64,000 nt of DNA from Raillietiella orientalis. Lineage: Eukaryota. The notes beneath the pieces are model-generated. The model was not told the DNA's origin. It saw only the letters and a program-made list of their open reading frames with translations, and made no database searches. A program made the translations under genes and the position numbers. Shown here piece after piece: positions 47,251-60,879 of this stretch (position 1 is the stretch's first letter; each line of letters begins with the position of its first letter). The stretch is from NCBI GenBank assembly GCA_036172245.1, contig JAYWIR010000015.1:3968001-4032000 (forward strand), written 5' to 3'.

Positions 47251-50200
47251 ATCCTCAGCAAAACGACCTCTGTGCTACCCTTCGGTGAATGCTGAAGTTT
47301 TGTGAATTCCACTCTTTTCATCCACGCGTTCTTTATCCAATTTAACGAACCTTTTCCTTCTTTTTTTTTTTTTGATAAAATTAAGAGGTTTCCGCTGCAA
47401 ACTCTTGTGATACTTACTTTCAGGAGTGGTACACTGTAGTTTACTCATTCGGAAACTGGAAAGAGCTTAGCCGCAAGACTCAAGATTAATACAACATGCC
47501 AGGGCGACTAAAGTGGATGGCGAGAAGGCAGGATCAGTCGAAGCTTTAGTAGCAACTATTAACAGCAAGAAACTCTCCGTCGGCGGTGCTTATATTCTGT
47601 GAAATAGCCGCAGTCCTTTCTGGCAGTGGAATTATCGAACGAACTCCTGCAAAGTGTTTCGAATCAGCACTTCAGCTTGTTCGCGCATAAGCGCAGAGGC
47701 TTCGATACCAAACATCTGGAAGTTTAGTCCCTGTTTTGGATCATTTTCCGTTAACTGGGACTTCCATGCCTGCTTGTAGTCCTCCTAGACGCGAGCTCAG
47801 CATCCCCAACTGCTTCAAGGTCAATTCCAAACTGTTCTTAAAACACACAGCAGCCCAGCATCAATTTTATTTGAGCTCAGCTTTACTCCTAGTTGTCCTA
47901 TCCGCGATTCCCATGATGGGAACAGCTGCAACAACTCCTATTCTGAGCTCACTCTGCTCTGCGTATGTCGTCAGATGGATTTTTTCCCTTCTCACCCAGC
48001 AGCCATTATCAAAACAGACCTCTGATTGTCCATGCTTGCGAGTTTCAACAGTCTCTTGGTAACGAAATAACATGCCTCAAGCATCAGAAGAGCACCAAAC
48101 TACGACCGGTGGTCTTGGTTTTCTTGATTCGTCTACGAAACATCACCTAGAAACTCCTCCAAGGAAACGTTTCTCTCCATGACGCAGCTCGCATTTGGAG
48201 CGGACACTGAATGAAGGGGAAAACTTGTCCAAAAATCCTTCAATGTTTTGAGGTGCACGTAGCACCATCAGCTACCATGCCACACCCGGACGCATTTGGC
48301 CATCCCATGCACTTTCTTGCACATTTCTTCTTTCACAGCAATCTGCTGCTCATATCAATCTTCTGGATTATTAGCTTGCTGAAAATTCCATAGCACCTGT
48401 CTCTCACTAGTAGGTAGCTGGGCTGCTGGACCTTTTCCTTCGTCCTTCATGCGGCTCATAAGGTCGGGTGAGTGAATCACAGAGCTGTTCTCAGTGCCCA
48501 TTTCCTCTTCTCCTTCTTCCCAGCTCGCTTCTTCTTTATTCTCAAAGATTTCCTCTGTTTAATGAGGGAAGAGGCTACCCGTTCCTCTCCATAACCCAAG
48601 TTTTCGCATCCCTCATGAGCGTGCAAGGTCGGCAGTGAGCTTTTCAGCGGCACAGATAAGCAATGGCATCACGCGTTTGCCGTTGAAGCTCATGCAGTTC
48701 GACTTCAGAGGCACTAAGGGGATAACTCATTAGAAGTCACTCTACAATTCAGAGGGCATGATCTTTCCAGACGGAAATTCCATTCTCTGCAACCAGTCGT
48801 CGACCGGATCACTTGGAAAATAAAAAAATCATTACCACTGAAATTTCAAAACTTCAACTCCAGCCTCCCCATTCGACCTGCAATCCATTCACCCTGATTT
48901 GGAAGACTTTGCAGAAACATTTTTCAGAGGGAAGAAGACGCTTCCTTGAGCTGAGGACGTTTCATGATGGGCCAAAAAAATTATCGGGTACCGAAGTGAC
49001 GTTGCATGTTCTCCTCTAAAGGAAAGGGTCCAACATATTTCGAGTTAATTAAGAAAGTCTAATCAGCGTAAAAAGAAAAATTCGGAGGAAGTATCGCAGC
49101 GAGGATTCCCTGGGATGGTCCATTCCGGAAACGATTAATCCTGGTAGGCGTTTATCGCCAACGATTACGTGCACTCTTTTGATCCTTTCAAAATGAAATT
49201 GATTTTTTTTTCCGCTGATTTCGCTCATCATCTTCGCTTCCTATTTGATATTCCTCATTTCTTTTCCATGCGGAATTAATTTGTACTTCTATTACTCCAC
49301 TTATATTACCTAATCTAAACTGCATTCCCATTCCAGAATTTTCATTGTGTGGAGAATGCTTCAAATGAGATAAAGTCGAAGAGAGTGGAGACTTTCCTGA
49401 GAGCTCCTTGGCTTCCTCCATCGCTCCCAGCAATTCTTATTGGGACAAGAGAGCAGCAATATTTATTTTCAGATTCTTTTCGCATGGTTTTAGCAATCGA
49501 TGGAAAAGATAACTCGTTGATCGATCACGTCCACTTCAGGATGGGCTGGCAACGATAAATAGGACTGCGAGACTCTCCCGCGAGTTAATTAATCCAGCCT
49601 CCTGCACCCGGTATTTTTGAAAGGGGGGCGGAGGGGGGATCATTTTTCCTCTTTGGGACACTGAGGTCAAGAACGAAGAGCAAAAAAGCCAAAAAAGTCA
49701 ACGCAACCAAGCAGGGAATTTTTCGCGATGGGTTCCTCAAAGCCACTCTCTTAAGAAGAATTAAGGCTACTGCTGTATCTCTGTGAATACTATTCTCCTA
49801 TTATTACTCCTTTTCGTTTTGATGATGGTGTTTCTTAATACGTGCACCTGTTCCGGAAGACTTGGCGCTCGCTGGAAATTACATTTATGGATGTTTTCCG
49901 AAAGCCTCAGATGCAGCCTTCAAAAACTCCTCGAAAGCTTCTTTTTTTTCCTCCTTTTTTTTTTTCACATTTGAAAATCCTCGGGCGCAGCATTCTAGTC
50001 TGTTGCTAACCATTACTTCTCGGTGCACTTGTGCGCGCAACTTATCCCGGGCTGAGGGGAATCTTCAAGGAGTCAGCTGGGCTGCTATTTAACAGCAGCA
50101 TCAATTCGATCCGCTTTCAGTCTTTGTCACTATCTCCGGATTCCCGATTCCTAATCTCGGTAGCGATGGGAACTTTCTGGAGATAATCTGGAGATAGTGT

Positions 50201-51099
50201 TTAATTTTCTTTGAGCAAGAATAAGGAGATTTGACAGAAACTCTCGAGTAAATCTTGTGTTATGATAAGGGGTTCGCCTAGCCACCACAGGTTTCGGAAA
50301 CGAACCGTCCCATTCTATATCCCCATGTCAGTGTGGTGGTCTTAAGGAGCAAATTAGGAGGAATGAGGGACATTACTGATTCTCATTAAAACCAAATGTG
50401 TGCAAAAAGTAGGAAGTCATTAGTTAAGGAGATCTATCTCTTAGCGTAGTGAATTTATCGATTATTTTGGAGGCCGAAAGGAGAGTTGACCTAATCCATT
50501 ACTAGAGCACAGTGAACAGTATGGAACTCGCTCTGGTCAACAGGGCATTCCAGCCTCATTCCTGCTGATTTGACTGATTTGACTAGGAGGTTGCCATGCA
50601 TCCGATTACACGAGGGATGAATACGTGAGGAGGGAAGATCGAAACGCAAAAATATGAGATTGGGCGTTCTGTATTCTGAAAAACAAAATGAAAACTGAGA
50701 TCGTCGTCCTTATTTTAGCCCACACCTTCCTCTTCCCGTAAAGGGAGTCATACAGATGCTGCGCCGCTTTTCCATTGCTTTGAGCCCACCAAAACGATGC
50801 ATCCTTCATTCGTTGCTTGATGGAAACACGAGTTGCTCCACGAGGACCAAATCAGACGGTGCGGGGTGGGCGGATGCTGCGATACGTGAACTTCGATTCC
50901 TCAGCATGTGTGTGTTTTCTTATCAGACCACACATTTTCCTGAGAAAAGACAGCTCTCTCATGGAGGCCTTTCTAGCCTTTCGAACCGACCCGCCTTCTG
51001 CAGCTTTCTCCCTAACACCTCTTTACATGGAGAGCTGTTAGTCGTTCTCCTTCCGAGCGAAAATGCCACAGCACGGCATTTCCGAAACTCCGTTTGTCA

Positions 51100-52980
51100 C
51101 TGCCCGGTTGGGTCTCGAGTTGCCCGAGCTTTGGAGATTGCGAGCGTACCTATTCCTGCAGCTGTCTTTTTCTTTTTCTGTCTCAAAACATTGAATCCAT
51201 TATCAATATCCCCCCTTGGAAATTCTTCTTCTTCATTTCGTTATCGTTCCAAGCGTCATTTGCAGCCATGTTCATGCCCCAGTTTGTGCTTTTCGGGAAA
51301 TTGTTCTTTCCTTCCCATCGCACACACACTCTCTACTGTTCCAAGGTAGTAGTGGATAATCGAATTCGCTGATCCATAAGTGACAATCTCAGGGATGGTG
51401 GCACCCCTGTTCTCTCTCGAGGCGTGAAGGCTTCCGATATTGCTTTCTGCTCCGAATGTCTGAGATCTTCACGCACAGCTCCGTTCGTCAGATTTATTCA
51501 GCCATTTCTCGAGTGGCTTGCCGGTCCACTCACGATTAAAAAAAAACTTCTCTTCATTGCGTACCAATATCCGCTTATGGGTCAGTCCAGGTGCGAACGT
51601 CATATTGCCCTTCCCAGTCCTTCCGTGCTGCATTCCTATGAGGAAAGAGAGACGTCCTCTACGTACGAACCACGACAGGATCCCTCAGAGTGACAAATGG
51701 AGTCAGGGATGTGGCAGCAACTTGAAATGTGCTGTGCGCTACTTGCCTGCCTACGTACAAAAGTGAACCATCGCTTTCCTTGCTCATTAGATCTCGCAGA
51801 CAAGTATCCCGATTCCACGATGCTGCCAGCTGGATCACATGACGGTTGGTTCTGGAGGTTCAAGCCGGGTTCAAGGCAAACTTTTAGGGTGATTTCCTCG
51901 CGACTTTTAACACTTCGCAGAGCAGATCTGATGAACCGGGCAAATTTCCATTCCCTCAAATAGAATCGAATGAAGAATTCCTCGGAAGATGGCGATGAAT
52001 GCAGAAACCAATGGTCCATAAAGATTGGAATCAAAGGATTTAGGACCCATCACTGATCGTCAATATCAAAAGAAATGCCCCAGGGATAGAGGCAAAAAAA
52101 AGAAAATACTCTGTGGTGCATTCGTCTCGATGAGGTTACTTGAAACTGTATCAGCAAAACTTCTTTGCGGCTGCTGTGCTTTGGGACGTTCATCTCCCCC
52201 CCGTCACAGAGAGCTCGTCCATCAAGCCTTAAACTTCAACTTCAGCCCGTTTTAGTGGTGCCGGCATTCATTCTTTTTCGAAACTTCTCCGTTCGGCATT
52301 TCAATCTCACCCTTTATCTTCTTTCTACCCAAATTGGAACTAGGCAGATCATTTCACATTCCATCCTTCGCCAGAGAACGTCTCTTTTACGCTGTCTTGA
52401 GAGAGTTCCTAGTTCCTCTTTGGCAGGTGATATGACCTACTGAGGTGGCACCAGTTCAGGCGTCACTTGTGCTCCCAAACATCTTGCCAGTAGGTATCCA
52501 GCTGAAATCCCAAGTGCTCGGGAGGAGTTAATTTTTAAAATTTGGCGCATCAAAGGTTCCGTTTCTTGCAAGCTCCCTCCGTCTCTTGGTCCCTTCCTGA
52601 GAAGAGCTCGTCCGTCCGTTTCCATCCAATTCTGGGACTTTTTCTGGCATCTATTCGTGTCAACGAGCAAATCCGGGGCCCTTGACCTTCGAGGAACATA
52701 TCTGAGAGCGAAGGGAAGAAGCAAACTGTGCAGTCTTCAAGCGGCGGGCTCTCTTTTCCCTCGTTCTGAAGGAACGACGGGCAACTGAACACGCATCCCC
52801 AACTGTTCATTGTGGCTTTCATCCTGGCTGGTCCGGCATCAACCGAATCTGGACAGTGGAGAGGAATTCCTCCTAGCAGTGGCATCTTTCAAGATCAACC
52901 TCTTCTGAAGGATGACGCTGCTGCCTTCTTCTCTGGTACCAACTTCCACGCGGTTTTCGGCTTGTGGAAGAGAATGGCAC
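51100..52980 (-). pseudogene. Possible KDZ (Kyakuja/Dileera/Zisupton) transposase relic
   Basis: In order: SWYQRR, CTVC..C cluster, WFLHSSP, CPVHQIC, RSNEQG (LDExG), YDV / GYWY, IGSLHAS (HAxxH), CDGKER (DGExxER), TITK...LRQKK. Confidence 0.4.
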
Positions 52981-53849
52981 AGTGCTGACCCCAATGCCGC
53001 CAGCCAAGCTCGGCTGCCCGGGGTCAGAGTTTCGTTGCCATTCTCCTGGGTTTAGGATCCCGTCAGCAGGAATGAATCCAGACTGCCCTTTTACAGTCCC
53101 CTTCGTCGACGTGCGCGTCCTCTCAGTAATGGTGAGTGAGGGCGAAGCGCCAGCAGGAGCGGCGACCGACAAGGGCGGAATGGCGCGCACGCCTTCGCCA
53201 TCACAGCTGACGAGGGAACTCTGTTCCTGGAACTCTGTTTATTAATAAACGCTTCGGCACACATGAGTGAAAAACAGCTGATGAGGGGATGCGGTAGTGA
53301 GGAGAAACAAGCAGGTCCCCTTCTTTTTCAGATGTTCTGAACTCCTGCACGATGGGCGAAGGGCTCTGTTCATGGTCCTCAGAGATGACAAAGGTGAGTT
53401 CCTGTCAGGTCAAGCGGGGAATAGAAAGGACTATGATGATGTGGGAGAATAAAAGAAGAGGAACAAAGGACGGCATGGTCGCATATACCGATTCCCGCAC
53501 CCGGTAACCACCTATGTTGTTACTAGGCAGAAAGCGCTAGCAAGACTGAGATGAGTATGCTGAAGATGGCAACAGATGAATGCTGAAAGACAGTAAGCGC
53601 ATTCTGAAAGTCGGGAACAAAAGATGGAGGCGATGATGTGGATTGCACAAACTGATGCCATGGAGGATAAAGAGAGAGGATAAAGGTGACAAGGATGTGG
53701 TGAGGATGCTACTTCCGTGTCTTTTAATGATGATGAGAAAGAAGAGTTCTCTTCTCAGCTAACGAGATTCCTGTTGTTCTACGCCGAGTTCGTATTCGCC
53801 TCTGGAGGAGGGGAGAAGGAAGAGGCTATCACCACATGTTGTTCTGCCT

Positions 53850-55000
53850 TCCACCTTTCCTCCGCAGGCGGAAGCTGCGAGTCCCCACGAGTGCCTTCGT
53901 GTAGGACCGACCCTTCCCACCTAGTCCGCGGGCTGCTGCAACGCATTCCTCTCGTGGGGAGACTCAAAGGACGCTCCCGTGGGAAGTTGTTTTCCCCAGG
54001 TTTCTTGAAAATGGTGTTCGGCTCCGGCAAGCCAGGCGGAAGCTTATTTCCCCTTCTTGCCACCCTTTCAAACTTCACGGTCGGGTGCGTCGGGTAGAGG
54101 GCAGATCTTTTCCTAAGAGAGAGGATCCCGTGGCTTGGAGGTCTTCGTGGCACCTCTCTCTCACCCCTCTTCGGTCTGTTCTCCTCCCGAGGAGATCAAG
54201 AAGAAGGTCCTCGCCTCCGGGTGAGCTCTTAGTTATGGTCCAGTCGCTCCATCACCCAGTCGCTTTCCGATTCACAGGTCAAAGAACCCTCATCCGCCAT
54301 CCAGGAAGTCTGAAGAGGGTGGCGCGTTGTCAGTGGTGGCTGCCGGAGCGGAAAGAAGAGCTCTCCCGCGTGTTCCCCTCCGAGGTGTGGGCGTCGCCTC
54401 TAACGTGTCGCCGCCTTCACAGGGAGGCGTTCGAATGCGACTCTGCGAAAGAAGGAGGACGCGCTCTCCTTCTTTCTCAGCCACGTTTCCGGATCCTCTT
54501 CCTCCCACCCTCCGGGGCGGAAATGGAGGAGCACCCTTCGCATGCGTGACTGCAGTCCCGGTTTCATCGATTTCCCTTATAAGATGGGTGAGGGAGGAGA
54601 GGAACAATCAAAGGGAACGCTGGATTTGCAGGCCACAGAAATTGCGGAGGCCGTGAAGGCGCAGCAGCTTCACCAGATGAACGGCACTCAGGACCGCCTC
54701 GAAGCACACCCTACCGGTGTCGGCTGTTTGTCGGGGGGATCACTTCGCCAAGCGGAGCGCCCTTCGGCGAAAGATCATCCGCACGAGAGGGAGACCGGCA
54801 CGGAAACCAGAGGCGGGAGCTGCTCACGCATGTCCCGTAATCCCTCGGGCTTTCCCATGAGCGCGAGCGCCCTTCACCTTGTCGCTCCTTTTCTTCGCTC
54901 CTCGCTGAGGATGGCGAGCGGGTGCGCCGGTGGGACGGAGGAGGCGCTCGGGAACATTCCCTCCGGGAAGTCCTCTGAGGTGCTGGGCGAGCTGGCGTGC
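53850..55000 (+). pseudogene. RNase H-bearing non-LTR element (I/R1/Loa-like), 3' relic
   Basis: LGGLRGTSLSPL (TGAxRTTP), FTG (FTDGS), SVVAAGAERRAL (SVFxAELxAI), CDS, ISLIRWV + IKGNAGFA (WVxxHxGIxGNExAD), GCAGGTEEALGNI (decayed CCHC). Confidence 0.45.
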
Positions 55001-55839
55001 TGATCCTCCCTTCCACTCCCAGAGCGCCCTCTGGGTAATTGCGATCCCGCCGAGGGAAAGTGTGCCCCTCATCAAAGGGGACCCCGCTTTCCCTACCTGA
55101 TGTGACTGGGGAAAAGAGGGCGCTTTGTTTTCCTTTTAGGCTCCAGGCTCCCCAAGTCCTTTTTCGGGTATTGTTAGACTGAAGGGAAGAGCACGGGGTT
55201 TATCAAATTTCAGTCCCATCCCTGCAGGGAATCTTCCTCTTTTCCGAAGGAGCAGAGCGTCCTCCTGCCCCCGGGTCTCACGAGGGCTGCTTTCCCGCTC
55301 CTGGTGGGTCGAAGAGTCCGGGGAGATGCCGTCTGCAGCAAACGGAAAGGGGAGCGATAGCAGCCCCCTTCCAAGCGTCAGATGGGCAGGAAGCAGTGAC
55401 CCGGATCCTTTCTCGCTCCGGCGGGTCGTTCCTGCCTTTCCGGCCAGCTGGAGAACCGGCTTCCAGGACCGGGAGCGGACTAACGGACTTCCGACGGGCG
55501 CGCATTCTTCAGGGACGGAGAATCCCTTCTGGAAGGAACTCCATGAAGCGGGCGGCGATAAGACTGGAAGACGCCCTTACCCCGGGAGCAGCAGCCGTTC
55601 CTCTCCCCCAGCAGCATACCGGCGCGAGCACCGCGTCGTAGGGAGGATGCGCTCTCCTTCTTTCGCAGCCACGTTTCCGGATCCTCTTCCTCCCACCCTC
55701 CAGGGCGAGAGTTTCTCCCCCTCGGAAACGGAGGAGGACCCTTCGCATCCTTGCGTGACTGCAGTCCTGGTTTCATCGATTTCCCTTATAAGAGAGGTGA
55801 GGAGGGGGGAGGAAGAATCAAAGGGAACGCTGGATTTGC
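54462..55839 (+). repeat. Direct repeat of ~170-190 bp (54462-54629 and 55650-55839)
   Basis: Shared GCTCTCCTTCTTT..CAGCCACGTTTCCGGATCCTCTTCCTCCCACCCTCC...GCGTGACTGCAGTCC.GGTTTCATCGATTTCCCTTATAAGA...AATCAAAGGGAACGCTGGATTTGC, covering the RNase H-like C-terminal motif. Confidence 0.9.
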
Positions 55840-58419
55840 CCGGCGAGGGGAACAAAGAGGCCCTAATAAACACGTTCACCTGTTCCCCGGGAGTTGCAGT
55901 GGCGACGCACGCGATTGCCCCGGAAACCGATCCTGGCGAACCTCAATCCGGGAACGCGAGAAACCATGGGACGCCGACGGCGGCGGCGGGCGGTAAGTTA
56001 GCACACGCGCCGCGGGCTCTGTCCCCGTCAAAAGCGCTTCGTGGGTCCTCTGGGAAGAGCGCCGGGATCCTCCTCCTGTCTCCCTACCTATTTCCTCATC
56101 CCCTTCCTTCCTCACCTCCCTTCGGTGCGCTCGGCAAGATCACGGCTCTCTTCCCGCGTCCTGGACGGGAACGAGGAGGGAGGGTGGATAGGTGGAGAGG
56201 TCGGATAAAGGGAAGAGGGGGAGGAAAGCGGAAGGCAGCCGCTGCCGTCACCGTCCCTTCGAATGGCCTTTTCACGAGCGCACCCCCCGGCGCTGCTGCG
56301 GCAGGCCGAACAGACCTCGGTGGAGGAGCAGAGCACGCCCGGGGAAGGGAGGAAGGAAGGAGGGGAGGAGATGCCTCAATCCCCTCCCCTTCTTCACCAG
56401 CTCCTCCGCCTCCCTGCCGTGGCAAGTGAATCCCCTGAAATGAGGGCAGGCGGGATTCATCCAATTACTCGCCCCTCTTCCCCCCTCCCCCCACCAGGAC
56501 TATCGATCGCAAAGTTCCCGCCGAATCGGAGCGCTTCTGGCTGCGGGAGAGGACGGCATTCACCTCCCCTCTACCGGTCCGTCTTCTCCCCTGCTCCCAG
56601 AGACGGGGACAAATCGGGAAGAGCGCGGGGCGGCTTCCCTACGCGCAAGAAAGCAGGTCCTCCACTCCGGTCCGGGCGGAGGCGCAACGGCCATGTGCAG
56701 AGATCGGCGCCGCCGCCGCCCGCTCTCTCGCCTGCCCGCGCGCTCTCATCTCCTTCCGAATGGGGTGCCGCGGCGGCAACGCCGGCCCGCTCGCGGGACC
56801 CGCCGCCCGTCGTTCCCGGGACGATGACACGCCGCTTGCGCCTTCCTGCTGCCGCGCGCGAGGCTCCGCTTCCTAAAGCAGCCAGACCCGCACCCCGCTC
56901 TCCCGCTGCCCCCCCATCCAGGAAATTCCTACCCGGGATATGAAGCCGGGATGCCGCTGCCCTAGCAGAAGGACACTCCCTCCGTTCACGTGAAAGCCAG
57001 TGTTCCCATAGTGATGGTGCCCGGAACCTCACATCCCGGTCGCAGCATAGCTTCTCTTTTGATCTTCGTGCACGGTGAGTACAATCCTTGATTCTCCTCC
57101 CTCTTCTGGCAGTCCATCTCTTCTCTTCCTTCCTTCCCCCTCTTCCCTTTCCAAGTAGCCCCTGCAGCTCCTTTCTCCTGAGCTCGCGTTCGCCCGGGAA
57201 AACCCTGTTGTCAGGTGGGTCCGCATGGTGCCCTCTGCTGCGACGGATAGCACCGCTGCCACCGCCGAATGCTCTCAAAGCCCTGGCGCTACCTCTGATG
57301 AGGTCCGGACTCCCGTTCACGCCTCGGGCACTCTCCTGCCGGAACTCTCGATTTCCGCTTAGCACGACGCCGTCTTTCTATTGGCGAATCTCGATCGCCG
57401 CCGCTGCCCCGGGCGATCGATCAAAGTGTCAGCTGTCGGAGCCACAGGCACTCCCCGGCCGCCCCCCCTCCTTTCGGCGTGCCCTCCCACGCGGACGCCG
57501 GGAGATATGACTTCGAAGACGCGCGCGTTCCCGAGGTCGGGACTCCGGAGATGGGGGGGATTTCTCTCTGTCACGAGGACGATCTCCCCCGCAAGAGCGC
57601 CTTCAACTCTGACCTCCCCGCTTGTTTGCTCGCGTCCCTCCGGCGGAGTGCTCCGGTCGTCCGCGTCCGGCACAGCTCTTCTTTCCGTTGGGAGCGGCGG
57701 TCCCCACTAGTGCTGGCGCACGGAACCCTCCTCGCGGATCAGAGGTCGCTCTTGCCGACGGAGCCCTCGAGCGAAAACGACCTTGACCTCCAGGACGGGA
57801 CTCGGGTCAGTGCAAAAACCTGTCCCGCTGACCTGGTCTTTGTTTTTTTTCGGCCCCCCGGATCCTGCCGAGAGTGTGGGGCGTGGCCGGTTCGGGATTT
57901 GGCCAGACTGCGAGGCCTCCTCCTACCGAGGAGAGGGTTTCCTAAATTCCTGCTTTCTCGTTCCTTACCGGACGCCACCGTCGCACCTGGTAGCCGAACG
58001 GGGAAATCCGCAATTTGCCGTTCTCCCTTTTTCCCGGGGAAAAGAGAGTGGGATGTCTCGAGCTGCAGGACGCCTGAAAAGAGACCTTAGACCTCATCCA
58101 AGAGGCGCCGAGTCTCACCCACTCTCACAGCATCTGGAGCGGGATAATGGGGACAAGGAGGAGAAAGGGTTGAGAAGGCGCGGCGGCATCCCTGGAAGCG
58201 GAGCACGGAGGTCCCGAGTTTCTCCTTACTCTGCGGATGTCTCCAGGCGAGCTTGGCTCCTTGGGTCAGAGCCACCTCCCACCTCCCCCATGCCTCCCGA
58301 AGGGGAAACTTCCGGTCTTAGAATGCGACTGGATGCTGGACTGTCTCTCCGGAGGGGCAGCTGAGATTCTCAGTCGCGCCCCCAATCGACCTGCAACCAC
58401 CCTTCTTGAGCACCTCTGC

Positions 58420-59050
58420 GGGGTACCCTCCCTCCCGCAATGCAGAAGCGAAGAGCAGGAGCGGCTATTCGAGGCAGGAAGGAAGAAATCGACCTCCCCC
58501 GTCTTCTTCGCTGCTATGGAGACTTGTCTGGAATGAGCTGCAGAAGGAGGGATCAGAGAGGACATCCAGGGGAAGGGAGAGGAGACGGAGTTTCTCCATT
58601 CACTGGACCCGTCGTCGGGTGCGAGCGTGGGCGCGTGTGTGTCTGCTACAGAGGATGGGTGCCTCCATTTCCCTGCCATGGCTTCCTTCTGTAAGAACGG
58701 AGGGAGCTACCTCCTCCTCTCGGGTGGCTCCTGCCCTGCTCACTTCCTCTCCCCTCTTAGGGACGCACCACCCTCAGGCAGCCTGGCTTTCAGGTGGCCT
58801 TTTCCGTCGGCCATCGCCTATCTCGGTTCTTCTCCGGAATATGAGGCCGGGGAGAGAGGAAGAGAGGCATCCAGGAAGCCACAGAGATGACGCTCCGCCG
58901 ACTTTTCCGCTCTTCTAGACTCTTGCTCTCGTTCTTGCTGCAGACTTCCGCGCCCTCGAGGCACACGGGGATGCCAATGCCGTTTGCTGGGAAGAGGGAA
59001 TCCCGGATACTGGGATGCTCCGCTGGATTTCTCTTCGACCTTCTTCGTAT
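58420..59050 (+). pseudogene. APE endonuclease relic of another non-LTR element
   Basis: QCRS...FAAMETCL (NxRS...ETWL), LLGTHHPQAAW (GDxNAHHPxW), DDAPPTF. Confidence 0.35.
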
Positions 59051-60029
59051 CTGCTTCTCTTCCCCTCCCCTCCTCCCATCGCCCCTTTGATTCGAGTCGG
59101 GGAACTGGGCAACGCCAGTCTCCTGAGCTCCCGTCTTCTTTTCCATTCTACTGAGGTCTCCATGATCCCTTCAGCCGCACGAAGGGAGCATGACGCGCAA
59201 GGGAAGAAGGGGACACGCATCTCCCGAGGTTACCCTTAGGTGTTCTCGTAGGCGCACATTCACACAAGTAGATGGCGACCACTGAAGGACCGGATCAGGC
59301 ATCCGCACGCGCTTCCCCCACCCCTACCCCACCCAAGGCGCTGATCTCCCGAGCCCCGGATGCTGGGATGAGGTCGGGTCACGTAGAACTCTTCGAGCGA
59401 CGTCGAAGGCTGCCTCTTTCAAGGAGGATGTCAGTTCTTCACCTCAAGTGACTTTCTACCAGAGGGTCTCTCTCCCCCTGGCTTCCTCCGTTTGCAAACA
59501 TCGGGAAGAAGTCTTAAGAATCCCTTTTTCAAGTGACTTTGGACCTCAGGGGGGTGGATTCAAGTACCTCTCCCGGTGCAAGGAGTTTTTTTCTGTTCCT
59601 CCCCTTTTTCATCCACTCCCATGAGGGAATGTTGCGTGAGTAGTGGAGCCATGGTTGCAGGCACAGGAGCTACGGTCGTTCCTCAGGGAGAGAGGAGATT
59701 CTGCCCACGCAGCGCTCGAAGGAACGCGCGGAGGGTTTGGGATGGAAACCGGTTTTTCCCTCCAAGAGGAATTGCTTGGCAGTGACCCATTCCAGAGGAC
59801 AGAATAAACGATTTTCGTATGTTAGAGGAAGTTGCTGTGGCATTAGTGTGAACTAATGCCACAGCAATTCTGGTAACCCCATGCTTCTAGGAAGCGATCC
59901 CATCCTGCTGAGGGGGAGGCCATGCGATCCATAGCGTGGACGAGCTAAGGAAGGCGCAGTGGACCATCCCGAGACACGTGTCCTCCGGTCAAATCGTCGG
60001 ATGCTGAAGTGCTGATCTCAGAAACCGTG

Positions 60030-60700
60030 AGAGCTAGCAGCATATCCCAGGAGCGTTTCTGGCAAGATGAGGATCGGAAAAAGAGGCCGTTGTCTTCAGT
60101 GTCCCCGAGAGAACAGCAATCAAGGCGTGGTGGGAAGGATGGTTGTCGCCAGCAAGCGGGCGAGACATTCCCACCAGTCCGGATTGGAAGTCCCTAAACT
60201 TCCTTCTCTCCTTCAGCCGCGCCCTCGATCCAGCCTCCATTCCCTGCTCTTTCGCGCTTCCGCTCTGGTTCAGCGGACGCTCTTAAGGTGGAAAGTGTCC
60301 TCGGGCCCCATCATTTGTCTGGACCAGGTCCTAGTCGCCGGGGAGCTCTTCCTGCAATAAGGAAGAGCGGCAACCACCTCTGCTATCCCGCGAATCACAG
60401 TCCCTCTTCCCTTTCTCCCTACTCCCTGCGAATTTGCCGTTCCACCAGAGGGAAGCGACGACGAGCCGGCAAGGATGACTCCCTGATTGTTCGGGGCGCT
60501 TTCATGCTCACTCGACTGGCCTCTTTCTTTTTCCTCTTTTTACTCCACTTCGTCGGGATTTCGCAAAGACTATTCCGCCAGGATCCCTTTGGCTTCCTGG
60601 GGCTCACCTTCAACGGGACTTCCTTTCTCATTGACGGCGATTTGATCAACCCATCCCCAAAGGGGTTGTCTCCAGACAGCCGAGCCATCTGGACCGAAGT
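60030..60700 (-). pseudogene. Non-LTR reverse transcriptase relic
   Basis: KEV...RDPGGI (KxxGPDGI), CRSSLL (YRPISLL), NQSGSAK (QxGFR), LKTTASFSDPH (DLxKAFD), in order. Confidence 0.35.
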
Positions 60701-60879
60701 CGTAGGTGCAAAGGTCTCTTCCTGAAGCTCTGTGAACTCAGTAATTGTCAGACCCGCCGATTCAGTAGAGTTTTACATTTCTCGACTGGATGATTGGTCA
60801 GAGTGAAGATGGAGATGTCTCAGAAGATGACCGGACAGGAAGACTAGCCAGGCGATGAAGCCACTGCGCCTGAGACACC

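Noticed and set aside
47450..48073. Integrase-like words (FDNG, PVNG, DNST..CG) on the minus strand
   Set aside because: Spacing and residues are too degenerate to support a call.
49600..49625. CACCCGGT as another family terminus
   Set aside because: Only one hairpin arm, no AATAAA and no adjacent element sequence.
55326..57365. 367-aa, 226-aa and 264-aa ORFs in a very GC-rich stretch
   Set aside because: Low-complexity Pro/Arg/Gly/Ala translations open in several frames at once; no domain motif, and part overlaps a duplicated RNase H relic.
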